Below are positions 1 to 9,034 of a stretch of DNA of 35,726 bases, piece after piece; the first letter of the stretch is position 1, and every line of letters begins with the position of its first letter. Source of the stretch: a virus (lineage: Duplodnaviria > Caudoviricetes); IMG/VR virus record IMGVR_UViG_3300034341_000241, positions 1-35,726 of that record; one strand, given 5' to 3'. The position numbers were made by a program, and so were the translations under genes. Under the pieces are notes generated by a model, which saw nothing but the letters and a program-made list of their open reading frames with translations, was not told where the DNA came from and did not search any database.

Positions 1-394
1 ATACATCTCACCTCCAAAATTTCTAGCAGAAATTATGACAATCCAGCATTGGTTTTGTCTAGCCTAACTCCTGAAAGTCAAGGGCGACATCCCTGTTGCG
101 TCATGCCGAAGGCGTCTTGCCAAAGGCGTCTAGCTACGTGCTATGTAGCAGGGATATGTAGCCAGTGCTTACGGTGCCGAGTAAGGCTTAAATCACGCAT
201 AAACTATTTTCTTACAATAAACTAATGCTCAACGTCACATATAGTAAGGGTTTAGAAAAACAGAAGGTAAGTAATACGAAGTATATGATGATGCAATCAT
301 CTAAGACCTTCTCAACTGTTACCAATTCACATAAACCCTCCCCAGTGCTTACGATGGCTGCGGGAGCGTTTAACCAACAACAAAAGGAAAGATA
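1..394. other. Non-coding, hairpin- and repeat-rich region, probably near a physical genome end or forming the leader of the virion arm
   Basis: No credible ORF. Inverted repeats at 18-34, 133-149, 168-185, 247-254/332-339, 262-268/306-312, 274-284 and 287-301; direct repeat CCAGTGCTTACG at 162-173 and 342-353. Confidence 0.55.
254..277 (+). promoter_or_regulatory. Candidate late promoter or operator, copy 1 (AGAAA-aac-AGAAGGTAA-gtaATAC)
   Basis: 14 of 17 nt identical, with the same spacing, to 14854-14870; lies upstream of the first + strand gene. Confidence 0.35.
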
Positions 395-592
395 ATGACT
401 AAGCTGCCTATGAAACGTTTAATAGCTCTAGTCCTTACTTTAACTACCCCAGCGGCATGTACGCTAGGGCCGATCAAAGTAGAACATGAATACGGAAGTG
501 CTCCAAAAGTACATGTGGACACTTTCTCAGAGAATACGAAGCTCCGTGTTAGACGAGACAAGGTTGTCGTAGTCTACAAGAAAGAGTTTTAA
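395..592 (+). CDS. Small exported or lipoprotein-like protein
   Basis: AAAGGA SD; basic N-terminus, hydrophobic stretch and Cys (MKRLIALVLTLTTPAAC); beta-rich mature part ending in Phe. True start may be 410. Confidence 0.6.
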   Translation: MTKLPMKRLIALVLTLTTPAACTLGPIKVEHEYGSAPKVHVDTFSENTKLRVRRDKVVVVYKKEF

Positions 593-651
593 GGCGATGC
601 CTGCAAGAGAAAGGGATGGCCGTCCTATACTAATTAACTACAGGAGCTTAC

Positions 652-2241
652 ATGAGTAAGATCGACATACCAGACATTGCCTCTCAGTTTGGTTCCCAGA
701 CGGAGCTTAATGCTAGGTTTCAGCAGATTGAAGATGAGCTAAACGATAAAGTCCTCTACCGAGATAATACAGAGAATAACGGAGAGCCTAACCAGATGGA
801 GAACGACATTGATATGGGCTTAAACAGCTTGTACAATGTTCAGCATATCTTTGTAGATGGGATGGATTTAGCGGAGGCGGTACGGGATCCTTCGGCAGTT
901 GGTCCTCAAGGACCTCAAGGTATTCCGGGGAGTGAAGGACCGCTTGGTCCCGTTGGGCCTGCTGGTCCACAAGGACCTGTGGGGTCTGAAGGGCCTCTAG
1001 GGCCGCAAGGTAACCAAGGGTTAGCTCCTGACTCAGAGTTTGGGGATGGCGTAACAGAAACTTCGACATCTGTCCGTTTCCGTCAAGGCGATGGTACGTG
1101 GGGCGAGTATCAAGACATCCAAGGAGAGCAAGGTGTACAGGGTTTACAAGGTGTACAGGGAGTTTCCGGAGCGGCAGGGACTTCCTACGAAGTTGACGAG
1201 GCTGGACCGGAGTCAGGGAGATCTTCCTTTGACACAGAGCCTAAAGGCTTCTCTTACTTAAGCACGGACTACAGCACAGCCGTTACTATACTACCGACAG
1301 AGTTAGTAGATAGCACTAATACCGGAGACGGAACCACAGTAACCTTTAGCCACAAGTTTCCTTCAGAGTACCACTCAGCGACATTGGTTACAGTAGCAGG
1401 TTCATTACAACGGCCGCCTCAGTATACATATGGAACGAATACTATTACATTTGCAGTAGCCCCGCCTTCGGGTGCTCAGATTACTATGCGTTTTGTTAAA
1501 GTAGGTTTTACTACTTCTGCATTATTCATTAAATTATCCGCTACGTCAGGAGATTGGTCAGATCCGATTCCTTTCGGCGAGGGTCCTCAAGGTGCCCAAG
1601 GGCCGCAAGGTACTGTAGGACCGCAAGGGCCTCAAGGTATTGTAGGACCACAGGGAGAGCAAGGGGCCGTAGGAGATCAAGGTCTTTCAGGCCCGCAAGG
1701 CCCTCAAGGCAGTATAGGACCAGAAGGCCCTACGGGACCAACAGGCCCGCAAGGCCCTCTAGGACCCCAAGGCCCTGTAGGAGATGCAGGCACACGAGGC
1801 AGCAGAGAGTTCTTTAAGAACGTGTTCACTTCTTCGTGGAGCGCACAAACAGCGGTAGATGATATACAGGCAGGTGGGTATAACGTCCTTCAGGGGGACC
1901 AGCATACACAGCACTACAGCTCCGGGAACTTTTCAGAGGCCCGTATCTTCAACGGAGGGACACCTACTAACGACAGTTCTTGGGGTGTAGTAGATAAAGT
2001 AGAGGCGGGTCGTATACTGTCGATGGGGGGAGCTGATCTTTTGCCTAACGGCGATGCAGCTTATAAAAATGTTACCTCGGCCATTAATTCTACAAGCACC
2101 AATCTAGTGGCAACAGCTTTAGCTGTAAAGACCGTTAATGATAACATCTATGTCGGGGCAACAGCCACTGTGGCAGGAACCGTCAAGATGAAAGTTGTCG
2201 GCTCGACCCTTTATATCACCAATGATGGAACAGACGCATGA
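652..2241 (+). CDS. Collagen-like tail fibre
   Basis: CAGGAG SD; N-terminal anchor-like segment ([16 protein letters not shown]); three Gly-X-Y blocks (about 901-1020, 1123-1180, 1582-1800); phage tail-fibre repeat-like [22 protein letters not shown] near the C-terminus. Confidence 0.85.
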   Translation: MSKIDIPDIASQFGSQTELNARFQQIEDELNDKVLYRDNTENNGEPNQMENDIDMGLNSLYNVQHIFVDGMDLAEAVRDPSAVGPQGPQGIPGSEGPLGPVGPAGPQGPVGSEGPLGPQGNQGLAPDSEFGDGVTETSTSVRFRQGDGTWGEYQDIQGEQGVQGLQGVQGVSGAAGTSYEVDEAGPESGRSSFDTEPKGFSYLSTDYSTAVTILPTELVDSTNTGDGTTVTFSHKFPSEYHSATLVTVAGSLQRPPQYTYGTNTITFAVAPPSGAQITMRFVKVGFTTSALFIKLSATSGDWSDPIPFGEGPQGAQGPQGTVGPQGPQGIVGPQGEQGAVGDQGLSGPQGPQGSIGPEGPTGPTGPQGPLGPQGPVGDAGTRGSREFFKNVFTSSWSAQTAVDDIQAGGYNVLQGDQHTQHYSSGNFSEARIFNGGTPTNDSSWGVVDKVEAGRILSMGGADLLPNGDAAYKNVTSAINSTSTNLVATALAVKTVNDNIYVGATATVAGTVKMKVVGSTLYITNDGTDA

Positions 2242-2726
2242 CCGATTTACTCGTTAATGGTACTAATATGGATTCTGTTGTTGCTAACGGAACTTCTATT
2301 GACGAGGTTTATGCCAACGGCGCTCTTGTGTGGCGTCGTTTTATTTTAGCGGACAATGTTGGAAACGTGTATAAAATTTATAATTATGTCGGCGGGCAGG
2401 GGTTTGTGTATTTGTGGCCTGATGGGTCTACAACCAGTGACGTTGGTGGTGGAAGTTGGGGCTTGCCTATAACAACAGATATAGGCGACGATTATGATGT
2501 TAAGTTCACATACTCTTTACCTGCCGACTGGAGCAAATCGGCCGCAACACCCTCCTCCGGTAGCTGGGTAAGACTGGATGCAGCCCGTGGCTTGACGGTG
2601 AACAACAACATAAATTTCGATAATGAGACTACGATGTCGGTCAGCTACGCTATTAGAAGACACGGCACAACAACCACACTGTTCACCAGCTCTTTTGACA
2701 TTACACTAATATATGAAGACGAGTAA
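2238..2726 (+). CDS. Fibre-tip or receptor-binding accessory protein
   Basis: ATGA overlap with the fibre gene; N-terminal (V/A)NG repeats ending VYANGALVW; Trp/Tyr/Thr-rich beta domain. Confidence 0.6.
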   Translation: MTDLLVNGTNMDSVVANGTSIDEVYANGALVWRRFILADNVGNVYKIYNYVGGQGFVYLWPDGSTTSDVGGGSWGLPITTDIGDDYDVKFTYSLPADWSKSAATPSSGSWVRLDAARGLTVNNNINFDNETTMSVSYAIRRHGTTTTLFTSSFDITLIYEDE

Positions 2727-2752
2727 GACTTTTAACAGGAAGGCTATTTAAT

Positions 2753-3478
2753 ATGACAGAACTAATTACATCACAGGGTATAGATTTAGAAAGCTTTCCT
2801 GTAGAAACCCGACAAATCTATGATACAGCGGGTACTTATACTTGGACCAAGCCTGATAACTGCACCTATATAGAAATCGAATGTGTAGGAGGAGGCGGTG
2901 GTGGTGGTGGTACAACTGCTCTTTCTGGCGCTATTGCTGGCGGCGGAGGCGGGGGATGCTATAGTAAGAGGTTTAAGATAGCGGCTAGTACATTACCTGC
3001 TACTCTATCTGTTACAGTTGGAGTAGGAGGAGTAGGTAACAGTGGTTCTGATGGCAGTGCCGGAGGGACTTCCTACGTAGGAACCACAGGAGATGCCTAT
3101 GAATGTAGAGGAACAGGCGGTGGTGGTGCCCCTGAAGCAAATGTAGCAAGTGTCGTGTCACGAGGAGGTATTGGCGGAACGGGTACTCAGGTCCCCGGTG
3201 TTCTCGCCGCCGGTGATTTCATAATAGCAGGAAGCTATGGGGGTACGTCTGCTCCCGGAGAAGTTGGGGGCATTGGTGGATCATCTTTTTACGGAAACGC
3301 GGAGGCCACGGTCACAGTCGCCGGGGGCTCTGGTGGTTGGGACGCTGACCTGAGTACACCTCTCGTGCGGAGATCTTACGGAGTTGGCGGAGGCGGTGCA
3401 TGGTCTAACGGATCTGCCCATCCAGGTGGTGACGGCGGTGCCGGTCTTGTTATTATTACGGAGTATTACAGTAACTAA
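2753..3478 (+). CDS. Glycine-rich adhesin-like virion protein (polyglycine II type)
   Basis: TYTWTKP..IEIECVGGGGGGG opening motif, repeated GGxGG tracts, GGDGGAGLVIITEY end, typical of glycine-rich domains of phage tail proteins. Confidence 0.7.
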   Translation: MTELITSQGIDLESFPVETRQIYDTAGTYTWTKPDNCTYIEIECVGGGGGGGGTTALSGAIAGGGGGGCYSKRFKIAASTLPATLSVTVGVGGVGNSGSDGSAGGTSYVGTTGDAYECRGTGGGGAPEANVASVVSRGGIGGTGTQVPGVLAAGDFIIAGSYGGTSAPGEVGGIGGSSFYGNAEATVTVAGGSGGWDADLSTPLVRRSYGVGGGGAWSNGSAHPGGDGGAGLVIITEYYSN

Positions 3479-3759
3479 TGAAAATACGAGAAGTTCAGTG
3501 CAAGCGTTGGTTTTTAAGCGATTGGGTAGCCGCGATAACTCTCTACCCTTTCATTTTCTATAACACTACCCACGGTTTGTATAAATACGATTTCCCTGCT
3601 TTAAGGGTACACGAGTACGTACATATTAAACAGGTACGTCAATACGGTTGGTTAAAATTCTACTTAACATATCTTTACCAGAGCCTGCGTTATGGGTATC
3701 AAGGCAATAAATACGAGGTTGAAGCCCGTGAAGAAGAGGCAAGGTTTCGGAACTCGTGA
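3478..3759 (+). CDS. Small HExxH zincin-like protein (DUF4157-like)
   Basis: AITLYPFIF, VHEYVHIKQ and downstream NKYEVEA; TAATG coupling with the upstream gene. Confidence 0.7.
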   Translation: MKIREVQCKRWFLSDWVAAITLYPFIFYNTTHGLYKYDFPALRVHEYVHIKQVRQYGWLKFYLTYLYQSLRYGYQGNKYEVEAREEEARFRNS

Positions 3760-3772
3760 CTAAGAGGGTCGT

Positions 3773-4213
3773 ATGTTTAAAGATAAGATGAATAGGTGGT
3801 TAACTGTAGGGTTATTTAAAGAACTTTCTAGCAATCCTGATACGGTTATAATGACCTTAGATGAAGCAAGAGAACGCTTCGTAGAACTCTCTGACATGAC
3901 GGGATACCGATTCTCTCAGAAGTATCTAGGAAGTTGGGCACAGTGGCAGCAGCTAGAAGCTTCTGTTAATGTTGCGCCTGAGATCGAGAAGTGGCGGGAG
4001 GAGTTGGAAGTTAAGCTCCGTTGCGAAGGACTGGAGCGTATAGTAGAAGAATCTGCGACAGGTCACTTCCAAGCCAACAAGTTCCTAGTTGACCGAGGTT
4101 GGAGTACGCGAGAAGCGGGACGACCTTCTAAGCTAGAAGTTAAGAAGAAGATCGAAAGCGATAAAAAAGTAGTCGAAGCAGGTAAGAGATTTTTATCACC
4201 AATAAGGAGCTAA
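3773..4213 (+). CDS. terS: Terminase small subunit
   Basis: 146 aa helical protein upstream of terL with YLGSWAQW, KWREELEVKLR and RGW..AGRPSK motifs recalled for this phage group. Confidence 0.65.
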   Translation: MFKDKMNRWLTVGLFKELSSNPDTVIMTLDEARERFVELSDMTGYRFSQKYLGSWAQWQQLEASVNVAPEIEKWREELEVKLRCEGLERIVEESATGHFQANKFLVDRGWSTREAGRPSKLEVKKKIESDKKVVEAGKRFLSPIRS

Positions 4214-4214
4214 T

Positions 4215-4505
4215 ATGCCTACTAAAAAAGATTCAAGGCTATCCAGAGCGGGCGTCTCTGGGTACAATAAACCGAAGCGGACCCCTAGCCACCCCACTAA
4301 GAGTCACGTTGTTGTGGCAAAAGAAGGAAGTAAAATAAAGACAATACGTTTTGGGGAGCAAGGAGCTAAGACAGCAGGTAAACCAAAATCGGGCGAGTCA
4401 GCAGCGATGAAGAAAAAGCGGGCTAGCTTTAAAGCGCGTCATGCAAAGAATATCGCTAAAGGAAAAATGTCAGCAGCCTATTGGGCGAATAAAGCTAAGT
4501 GGTAA
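4215..4505 (+). CDS. Very basic hypothetical protein
   Basis: AAGGAG SD; K/R-rich; IRFGEQG and SFKARHAKNIAKGKMSAAYWANKAKW segments. Confidence 0.8.
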   Translation: MPTKKDSRLSRAGVSGYNKPKRTPSHPTKSHVVVAKEGSKIKTIRFGEQGAKTAGKPKSGESAAMKKKRASFKARHAKNIAKGKMSAAYWANKAKW

Positions 4506-4516
4506 GGAGTTAATAC

Positions 4517-6106
4517 ATGGGTTGGAGAGAAGATGCAGAAGCTCGTGTCCGTAAAATGGATGAGCTTACTCTAGAGCGGCGAGAGTTATGCCTAGATGAT
4601 TTAAGAGTTTTTGCTCAGACTGTTAACCCTCAGTACGCTTACGGTGACATCCACCTAGAAATATTCAAGTGGATGATGGATTATAAACTATTCGGTCAAG
4701 GAAATGAGTTAACAGGCAATAAGCTAGTAATGTTACCTCGTGCCCACTTAAAGAGTCATATGGTTGCTACTTGGGTAGCGTGGATTATCACAAAGCATCC
4801 AGAAGTAACCATTCTCTATTTATCAGCAACAAGTGAACTGGCAGAGACACAGTTATATGCGATTAAGAATATCTTGGAAAGTGATGCGTACCAGCATTTC
4901 TTCCCAGAGTACATCCACCCCCAAGAAGGTAAACGGGAGATGTGGAATAATAGAAAAATCTCTATCGACCATAAAGACAGGTCGGAACAAGGTATACGAG
5001 ATGCTACGATCGCTACGGCAGGGCTTACAACGAATACTACAGGCTGGCACGCTGACATCATCGTACCAGATGATATAGTTGTTCCAGAGAATGCCTATAC
5101 AGAAGAAGGCAGGAGTCTCGTAAGTAAGAAGGCTTCTCAGTTAACTTCTATTCGTAATGCAGGAGGCTTTACCTTAGCCTGCGGTACTAGATACCATCCT
5201 GCGGATATTTACGATACATGGAAAACACAAGAGTATGATGTGTATGATGAGGAAACAGATGAGTTCTTACGAAAGGAACTGATCTGGGAGATTGTAGAAC
5301 ACGCTGTAGAAACTAAAGATAACTTCCTTTGGCCACGTACTGAAAAGAACGGCAAGAAGTTTGGTTTCAACAAGACGGTACTTTCCCGTATCCGAGGAGA
5401 GTATGACGACATTGTACAGTTCTATGCACAGTATTATAATAATCCTAATGCTCCGGGAAGTAACCGGATCAACAGGAACAGGTTCCAGTACATAGATGAG
5501 CGTAATATCCGTTATAGCAACGGACAGTGGACAGTGTTAAACAAGCCTGTCAACGTCTATGCTGCAATGGACTTTGCATACACAACAACTAAAAAGTCCG
5601 ATTACACGGCGATTGTTGTGATAGGAATAGACCCTGAAGGGTTTATATACGTCCTTGATATGGACAGATTTAAGACTGATAAGATTAAAGTGATGTTTGA
5701 GCATCTAGCACAGATGCACGAGAAGTGGACCTTTAGACGGCTTAGGGCAGAAGTAACAGCCGCTCAGAGCATGATCGTAGGGGACTTCAAGGATTATATT
5801 CGGCAAGAAGGCATGTCACTGAGTATCGACGAGAATCGTCCATCAAGGCATGAAGGGACTAAGGAAGAACGAATGGGTTCTATCCTTGAGCCTCGGTACG
5901 AGAACTTAACGATGTACCACGTTAAAGGGGGTCTGACCCCTGCTCTTGAAGAAGAGCTAATACTAGCGCGTCCGAAGCACGATGATTTGAAGGACACGTT
6001 AGCTAGCGCTATAGCCGTTGCTAAAGCTCCTAGAGGGGCGAGGAACGGTGTTAAGCGCTCTAATGTAATATACAATAAACGATTCGGTGGGATTTCCTAC
6101 CAGTAA
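4517..6106 (+). CDS. terL: Terminase large subunit
   Basis: Walker A-like MLPRAHLKS, Walker B IIVPDD, coupling motif GTRYH, RNase H-like nuclease motifs AMDFA, SDYTAIVVIG and HDDLKD. Confidence 0.95.
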   Translation: MGWREDAEARVRKMDELTLERRELCLDDLRVFAQTVNPQYAYGDIHLEIFKWMMDYKLFGQGNELTGNKLVMLPRAHLKSHMVATWVAWIITKHPEVTILYLSATSELAETQLYAIKNILESDAYQHFFPEYIHPQEGKREMWNNRKISIDHKDRSEQGIRDATIATAGLTTNTTGWHADIIVPDDIVVPENAYTEEGRSLVSKKASQLTSIRNAGGFTLACGTRYHPADIYDTWKTQEYDVYDEETDEFLRKELIWEIVEHAVETKDNFLWPRTEKNGKKFGFNKTVLSRIRGEYDDIVQFYAQYYNNPNAPGSNRINRNRFQYIDERNIRYSNGQWTVLNKPVNVYAAMDFAYTTTKKSDYTAIVVIGIDPEGFIYVLDMDRFKTDKIKVMFEHLAQMHEKWTFRRLRAEVTAAQSMIVGDFKDYIRQEGMSLSIDENRPSRHEGTKEERMGSILEPRYENLTMYHVKGGLTPALEEELILARPKHDDLKDTLASAIAVAKAPRGARNGVKRSNVIYNKRFGGISYQ

Positions 6107-6116
6107 GGAGAGCTAT

Positions 6117-6269
6117 ATGAGTACTTTATCCACATGGGCGGCTATGAAGCTTACAGGCCAAGATAAGAAAAATGCGGAGCGTAAGAAGAAAGAAGCGGCT
6201 AAGAAGAAAACAGCCGCTAAGAAGAAAACAGCCGGGAGCAATCCTAAGAAGACTAGTAAGAAGAAGTAG
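6117..6269 (+). CDS. 50 aa lysine/alanine-rich, histone H1-tail-like protein
   Basis: TAAGGAG SD at 6104-6110 favours ATG 6117 over the track start 6087; AAKKKTAAKKKTA repeats. Confidence 0.7.
   Translation: MSTLSTWAAMKLTGQDKKNAERKKKEAAKKKTAAKKKTAGSNPKKTSKKK
6198..6233 (+). repeat. Exact 18 bp tandem repeat, 2 copies (GCTAAGAAGAAAACAGCC)
   Basis: Read directly; encodes AKKKTA twice. Confidence 0.9.
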
Positions 6270-6302
6270 ACCTTTACTAAATCCTAAATAGAGGAATTCA
6301 AT

Positions 6303-8039
6303 ATGGCAGGCACGGTAGCTGAATTAGCCGGTATGTTTGGAGAGTTGTCTGATGAGACTGGCAGGAATGTTGGCTACATGTGGGACAAATGGTCTAACCA
6401 ACGTCAAGGCTGGGTAGAAGAGAAGAAAGAGCTACGTAGCTTTATCTTTGCCACGGACACACGTACAACGACAACAGCCGCGTGGAAGAACTCCACAACT
6501 CTCCCTAAGATTTGTCAAATACGGGATAACTTGCACAGTAACTACTTGTCAGCAATTTTCCCTAATGATAAGTGGCTACGTTGGGAGGCTTACGATAAAG
6601 CCGCTGCTTCTAAGGAAATACGTGAGATGGTTACGGCGTATATGCGCCACAAGATGATTCAGGTAGACCTACGAAGCGAGGTAAGTAAACTAATCTATGA
6701 TTATATTGACTTTGGTAACTGCTTTGCAGAACCTGAGTGGGACTATGGTAGCCTTAGTGTAGACGGTAACGGTCATACACATACAGGCTATGTAGGTCCA
6801 AGAGTGCGCCGTATTTCTCCTTTGGATATTGTGTTTAATCCTTTGGCTCCTACATTTGAGGAAGCACCTCGGATTATTCGCTACATTAAGACACTCGGAG
6901 AATTGCAGGAACTTGCTAAAACCTCCTCTATGTGGGAAGAGGCTTTAGCCAAAACGAAAGGAATGAGAGCGGGAGCAGGATCATACACTGTAGATGATTA
7001 CCATAAGGCACTGGGTTTTAGTGTTGATGGGTTCGGTGATATGAAGGAGTACTACGACACGGAATACGTAGAGATCTTGCGCTTTTTAGGGAATTACTAT
7101 GACAAAGAGACAGAAACTGTCCACACAGCTAAAGAAATTATTGTTATTGACCGTAGTATTACCGTTAGTACTAGGGACATTGTTTCTCCTGTGGGCAACG
7201 GCAATGTATCACACGCCGGTTGGAGAATGAGACCAGACAATCTATATGCTATGGGACCGCTAGACAATCTAGTAGGGATGCAGTATAGAATTGACCATTT
7301 ACAGAATCTTAAAGCAGATGCTATGGACTTACTTGTTCATCCACCATTAGCTGTACAAGGGGATGTAGAAGCATTTACATGGGCACCAGAGGAGGTGATC
7401 CAGATCATTGGTGAAGGTAGTGTTACCGAGTTGACTAAATCCGCTCAAGGAGTAGCAGTTGCTGACGCTGAGATTAACATGCTGGAAGCGCGAATGGAAG
7501 AGTTTGCAGGAGCGCCGAAGGAAGCTATGGGGGTACGCACCCCCGGCGAGAAGACACTTGGAGAAGTTAACCAGCTAGCTAATGCAGCAGGCAGGATCTT
7601 CCAAGAGAAGACAACTAACTTCGAGGTCTTCTTAGAGAAACTATTAAAAGGGTTGCTTGCAGAAGCGACTTTACATGAAGGCGGTACTGATATACCTCTG
7701 ATGGACGAGGAGATGGGTTTTGTAGACTTCACTAAGATTACAAACAACGATCTTATCCAGAACGGTACACTACGTCCTGTAGGTGCAAGACACTTCGGAC
7801 AGACCGCTAAACTTGTAACAGATCTTACTGCTATTATGAACGGACCGTTAGGGCAGATGATTGGCCCTCACATGTCTGGGAAGAATGCAGCACAGATGGT
7901 GGAAGATGTCTTTGAACTTGGGCGTTATGATCTTGTAAGACCGAATGCGGCAGTACATGAAAACGCAGAGACTCAAAGTGCAATGAACACCGCAGCCGAG
8001 ACTAGTATGGTAGAGGCTGGAACACCGGGAGTTGCTTAA
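6303..8039 (+). CDS. Portal protein
   Basis: 578 aa between terL and scaffold; DYIDFGNCF, RISPLDIVFNP, RPDNLYAMGPLDNLVGMQYRIDHL and MGVRTPGEKT motifs. Confidence 0.9.
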   Translation: MAGTVAELAGMFGELSDETGRNVGYMWDKWSNQRQGWVEEKKELRSFIFATDTRTTTTAAWKNSTTLPKICQIRDNLHSNYLSAIFPNDKWLRWEAYDKAAASKEIREMVTAYMRHKMIQVDLRSEVSKLIYDYIDFGNCFAEPEWDYGSLSVDGNGHTHTGYVGPRVRRISPLDIVFNPLAPTFEEAPRIIRYIKTLGELQELAKTSSMWEEALAKTKGMRAGAGSYTVDDYHKALGFSVDGFGDMKEYYDTEYVEILRFLGNYYDKETETVHTAKEIIVIDRSITVSTRDIVSPVGNGNVSHAGWRMRPDNLYAMGPLDNLVGMQYRIDHLQNLKADAMDLLVHPPLAVQGDVEAFTWAPEEVIQIIGEGSVTELTKSAQGVAVADAEINMLEARMEEFAGAPKEAMGVRTPGEKTLGEVNQLANAAGRIFQEKTTNFEVFLEKLLKGLLAEATLHEGGTDIPLMDEEMGFVDFTKITNNDLIQNGTLRPVGARHFGQTAKLVTDLTAIMNGPLGQMIGPHMSGKNAAQMVEDVFELGRYDLVRPNAAVHENAETQSAMNTAAETSMVEAGTPGVA

Positions 8040-8296
8040 TGAAGTTAAACTCTAAAGTGATTAAAGCGCTACCAGAGGACTTCTCTAAAGAGGAGTTCGA
8101 GAAGCGCGTCTTAGCTAACAGTGATCTATTTGGTCACTTCGCTAAGGTAATGCGGAAAGGCTTAGAGGCTCACAAAGCCGATCAGATAAAGACATCGAAG
8201 TATGATGTCTCTAACTGGGCCTATTTACAGGCTGACTCGAATGGGTATCAACGTGCCTACGAGGAAGCCATACAACTACTCAATTTTAAGGATTAA
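8039..8296 (+). CDS. Conserved hypothetical head-module protein
   Basis: TAATG coupling to portal; NWAYLQADSNGYQRA motif. Confidence 0.75.
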   Translation: MKLNSKVIKALPEDFSKEEFEKRVLANSDLFGHFAKVMRKGLEAHKADQIKTSKYDVSNWAYLQADSNGYQRAYEEAIQLLNFKD

Positions 8297-8299
8297 CAG

Positions 8300-9019
8300 A
8301 TGACCGACCAGTCTATCTTTAACAACGATAACTCAAGCCCACAAGGCGAGGGAGATCAAGGTAAAAACGAACCCACTCCAGCAGACCAGCTATTAAGTGA
8401 GATCGTTAATTCCGAAGGCAAACAGAAGTATGGTTCAGTGGAGGAGGCTTTAAAAGGTCTCGGTAACGCACAGGAGCATATTCGTCGTTTAGAGGAAGAA
8501 AATTCGGACTTTAAACAGGGTGCAGAGAAATCCGCTACACTCCAAGACGTTCTAGATGCCATGAAGCCGGATCAGGGCGAACCCTCTTCTAATGAGGAAG
8601 TTGCTCAACTAGGTGAAGGCGATATAGCTAAAGTGTTGGAAGACATGCTAGCTAAACGTGAGACAGCATCATCTCAAAAAGCTAATACCACTAAGGTAGC
8701 TAATAAGTTTGTTGAGGTACACGGTGCAGAAGAAGCAGAGGCTAAGTATTACGAAGCGGCTGCTAGTTTAGGTTTCAGTAAGGCTGAAATCAATGAGCTA
8801 TCTGCCCGTAACCCTGATGCCGTCTTCAAAATGCTTGGTGTAGATGCCGAGAAAGAACCCACCCCTAGCTCACTGAAAGGTGACGTTAATGCAGGTGAGT
8901 TTAATCAACAGAAACCTGACGCGCCTCGTTTCAATCCTTTCCAGCCCGGCCCTAACTCAGATTTAGCGGCTTGGAGGAAATCTAAGGAACAAACTAATTC
9001 GCGTCTCGAACTAGATTAA
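8300..9019 (+). CDS. Capsid scaffolding protein
   Basis: Acidic, helical, with coiled coil (KYGSVEEALKGLGNAQEHIRRLEEEN); directly upstream of the major capsid gene. Confidence 0.85.
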   Translation: MTDQSIFNNDNSSPQGEGDQGKNEPTPADQLLSEIVNSEGKQKYGSVEEALKGLGNAQEHIRRLEEENSDFKQGAEKSATLQDVLDAMKPDQGEPSSNEEVAQLGEGDIAKVLEDMLAKRETASSQKANTTKVANKFVEVHGAEEAEAKYYEAAASLGFSKAEINELSARNPDAVFKMLGVDAEKEPTPSSLKGDVNAGEFNQQKPDAPRFNPFQPGPNSDLAAWRKSKEQTNSRLELD

Positions 9020-9034
9020 TAAAGGAATTAACAA

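Noticed and set aside
901-1800. GGNCCNCAA-type repeats as a CRISPR array or DGR repeat pair
   Set aside because: 9 nt periodicity encoding Gly-X-Y; no spacers, no adenine-specific variant copy, no reverse transcriptase.
6061-6074. TAATGTA (phiEco32-like core) and GTAATATAC(A) shared with 14867 and 22853 as late promoters
   Set aside because: AT-rich 9-10-mers recur by chance in 35 kb and two of three copies are inside genes; kept only as a weak alternative to the longer motif.
6087-6116. Track start of the lysine-rich ORF at 6087
   Set aside because: The TAAGGAG SD supports ATG 6117; the extension overlaps terL.
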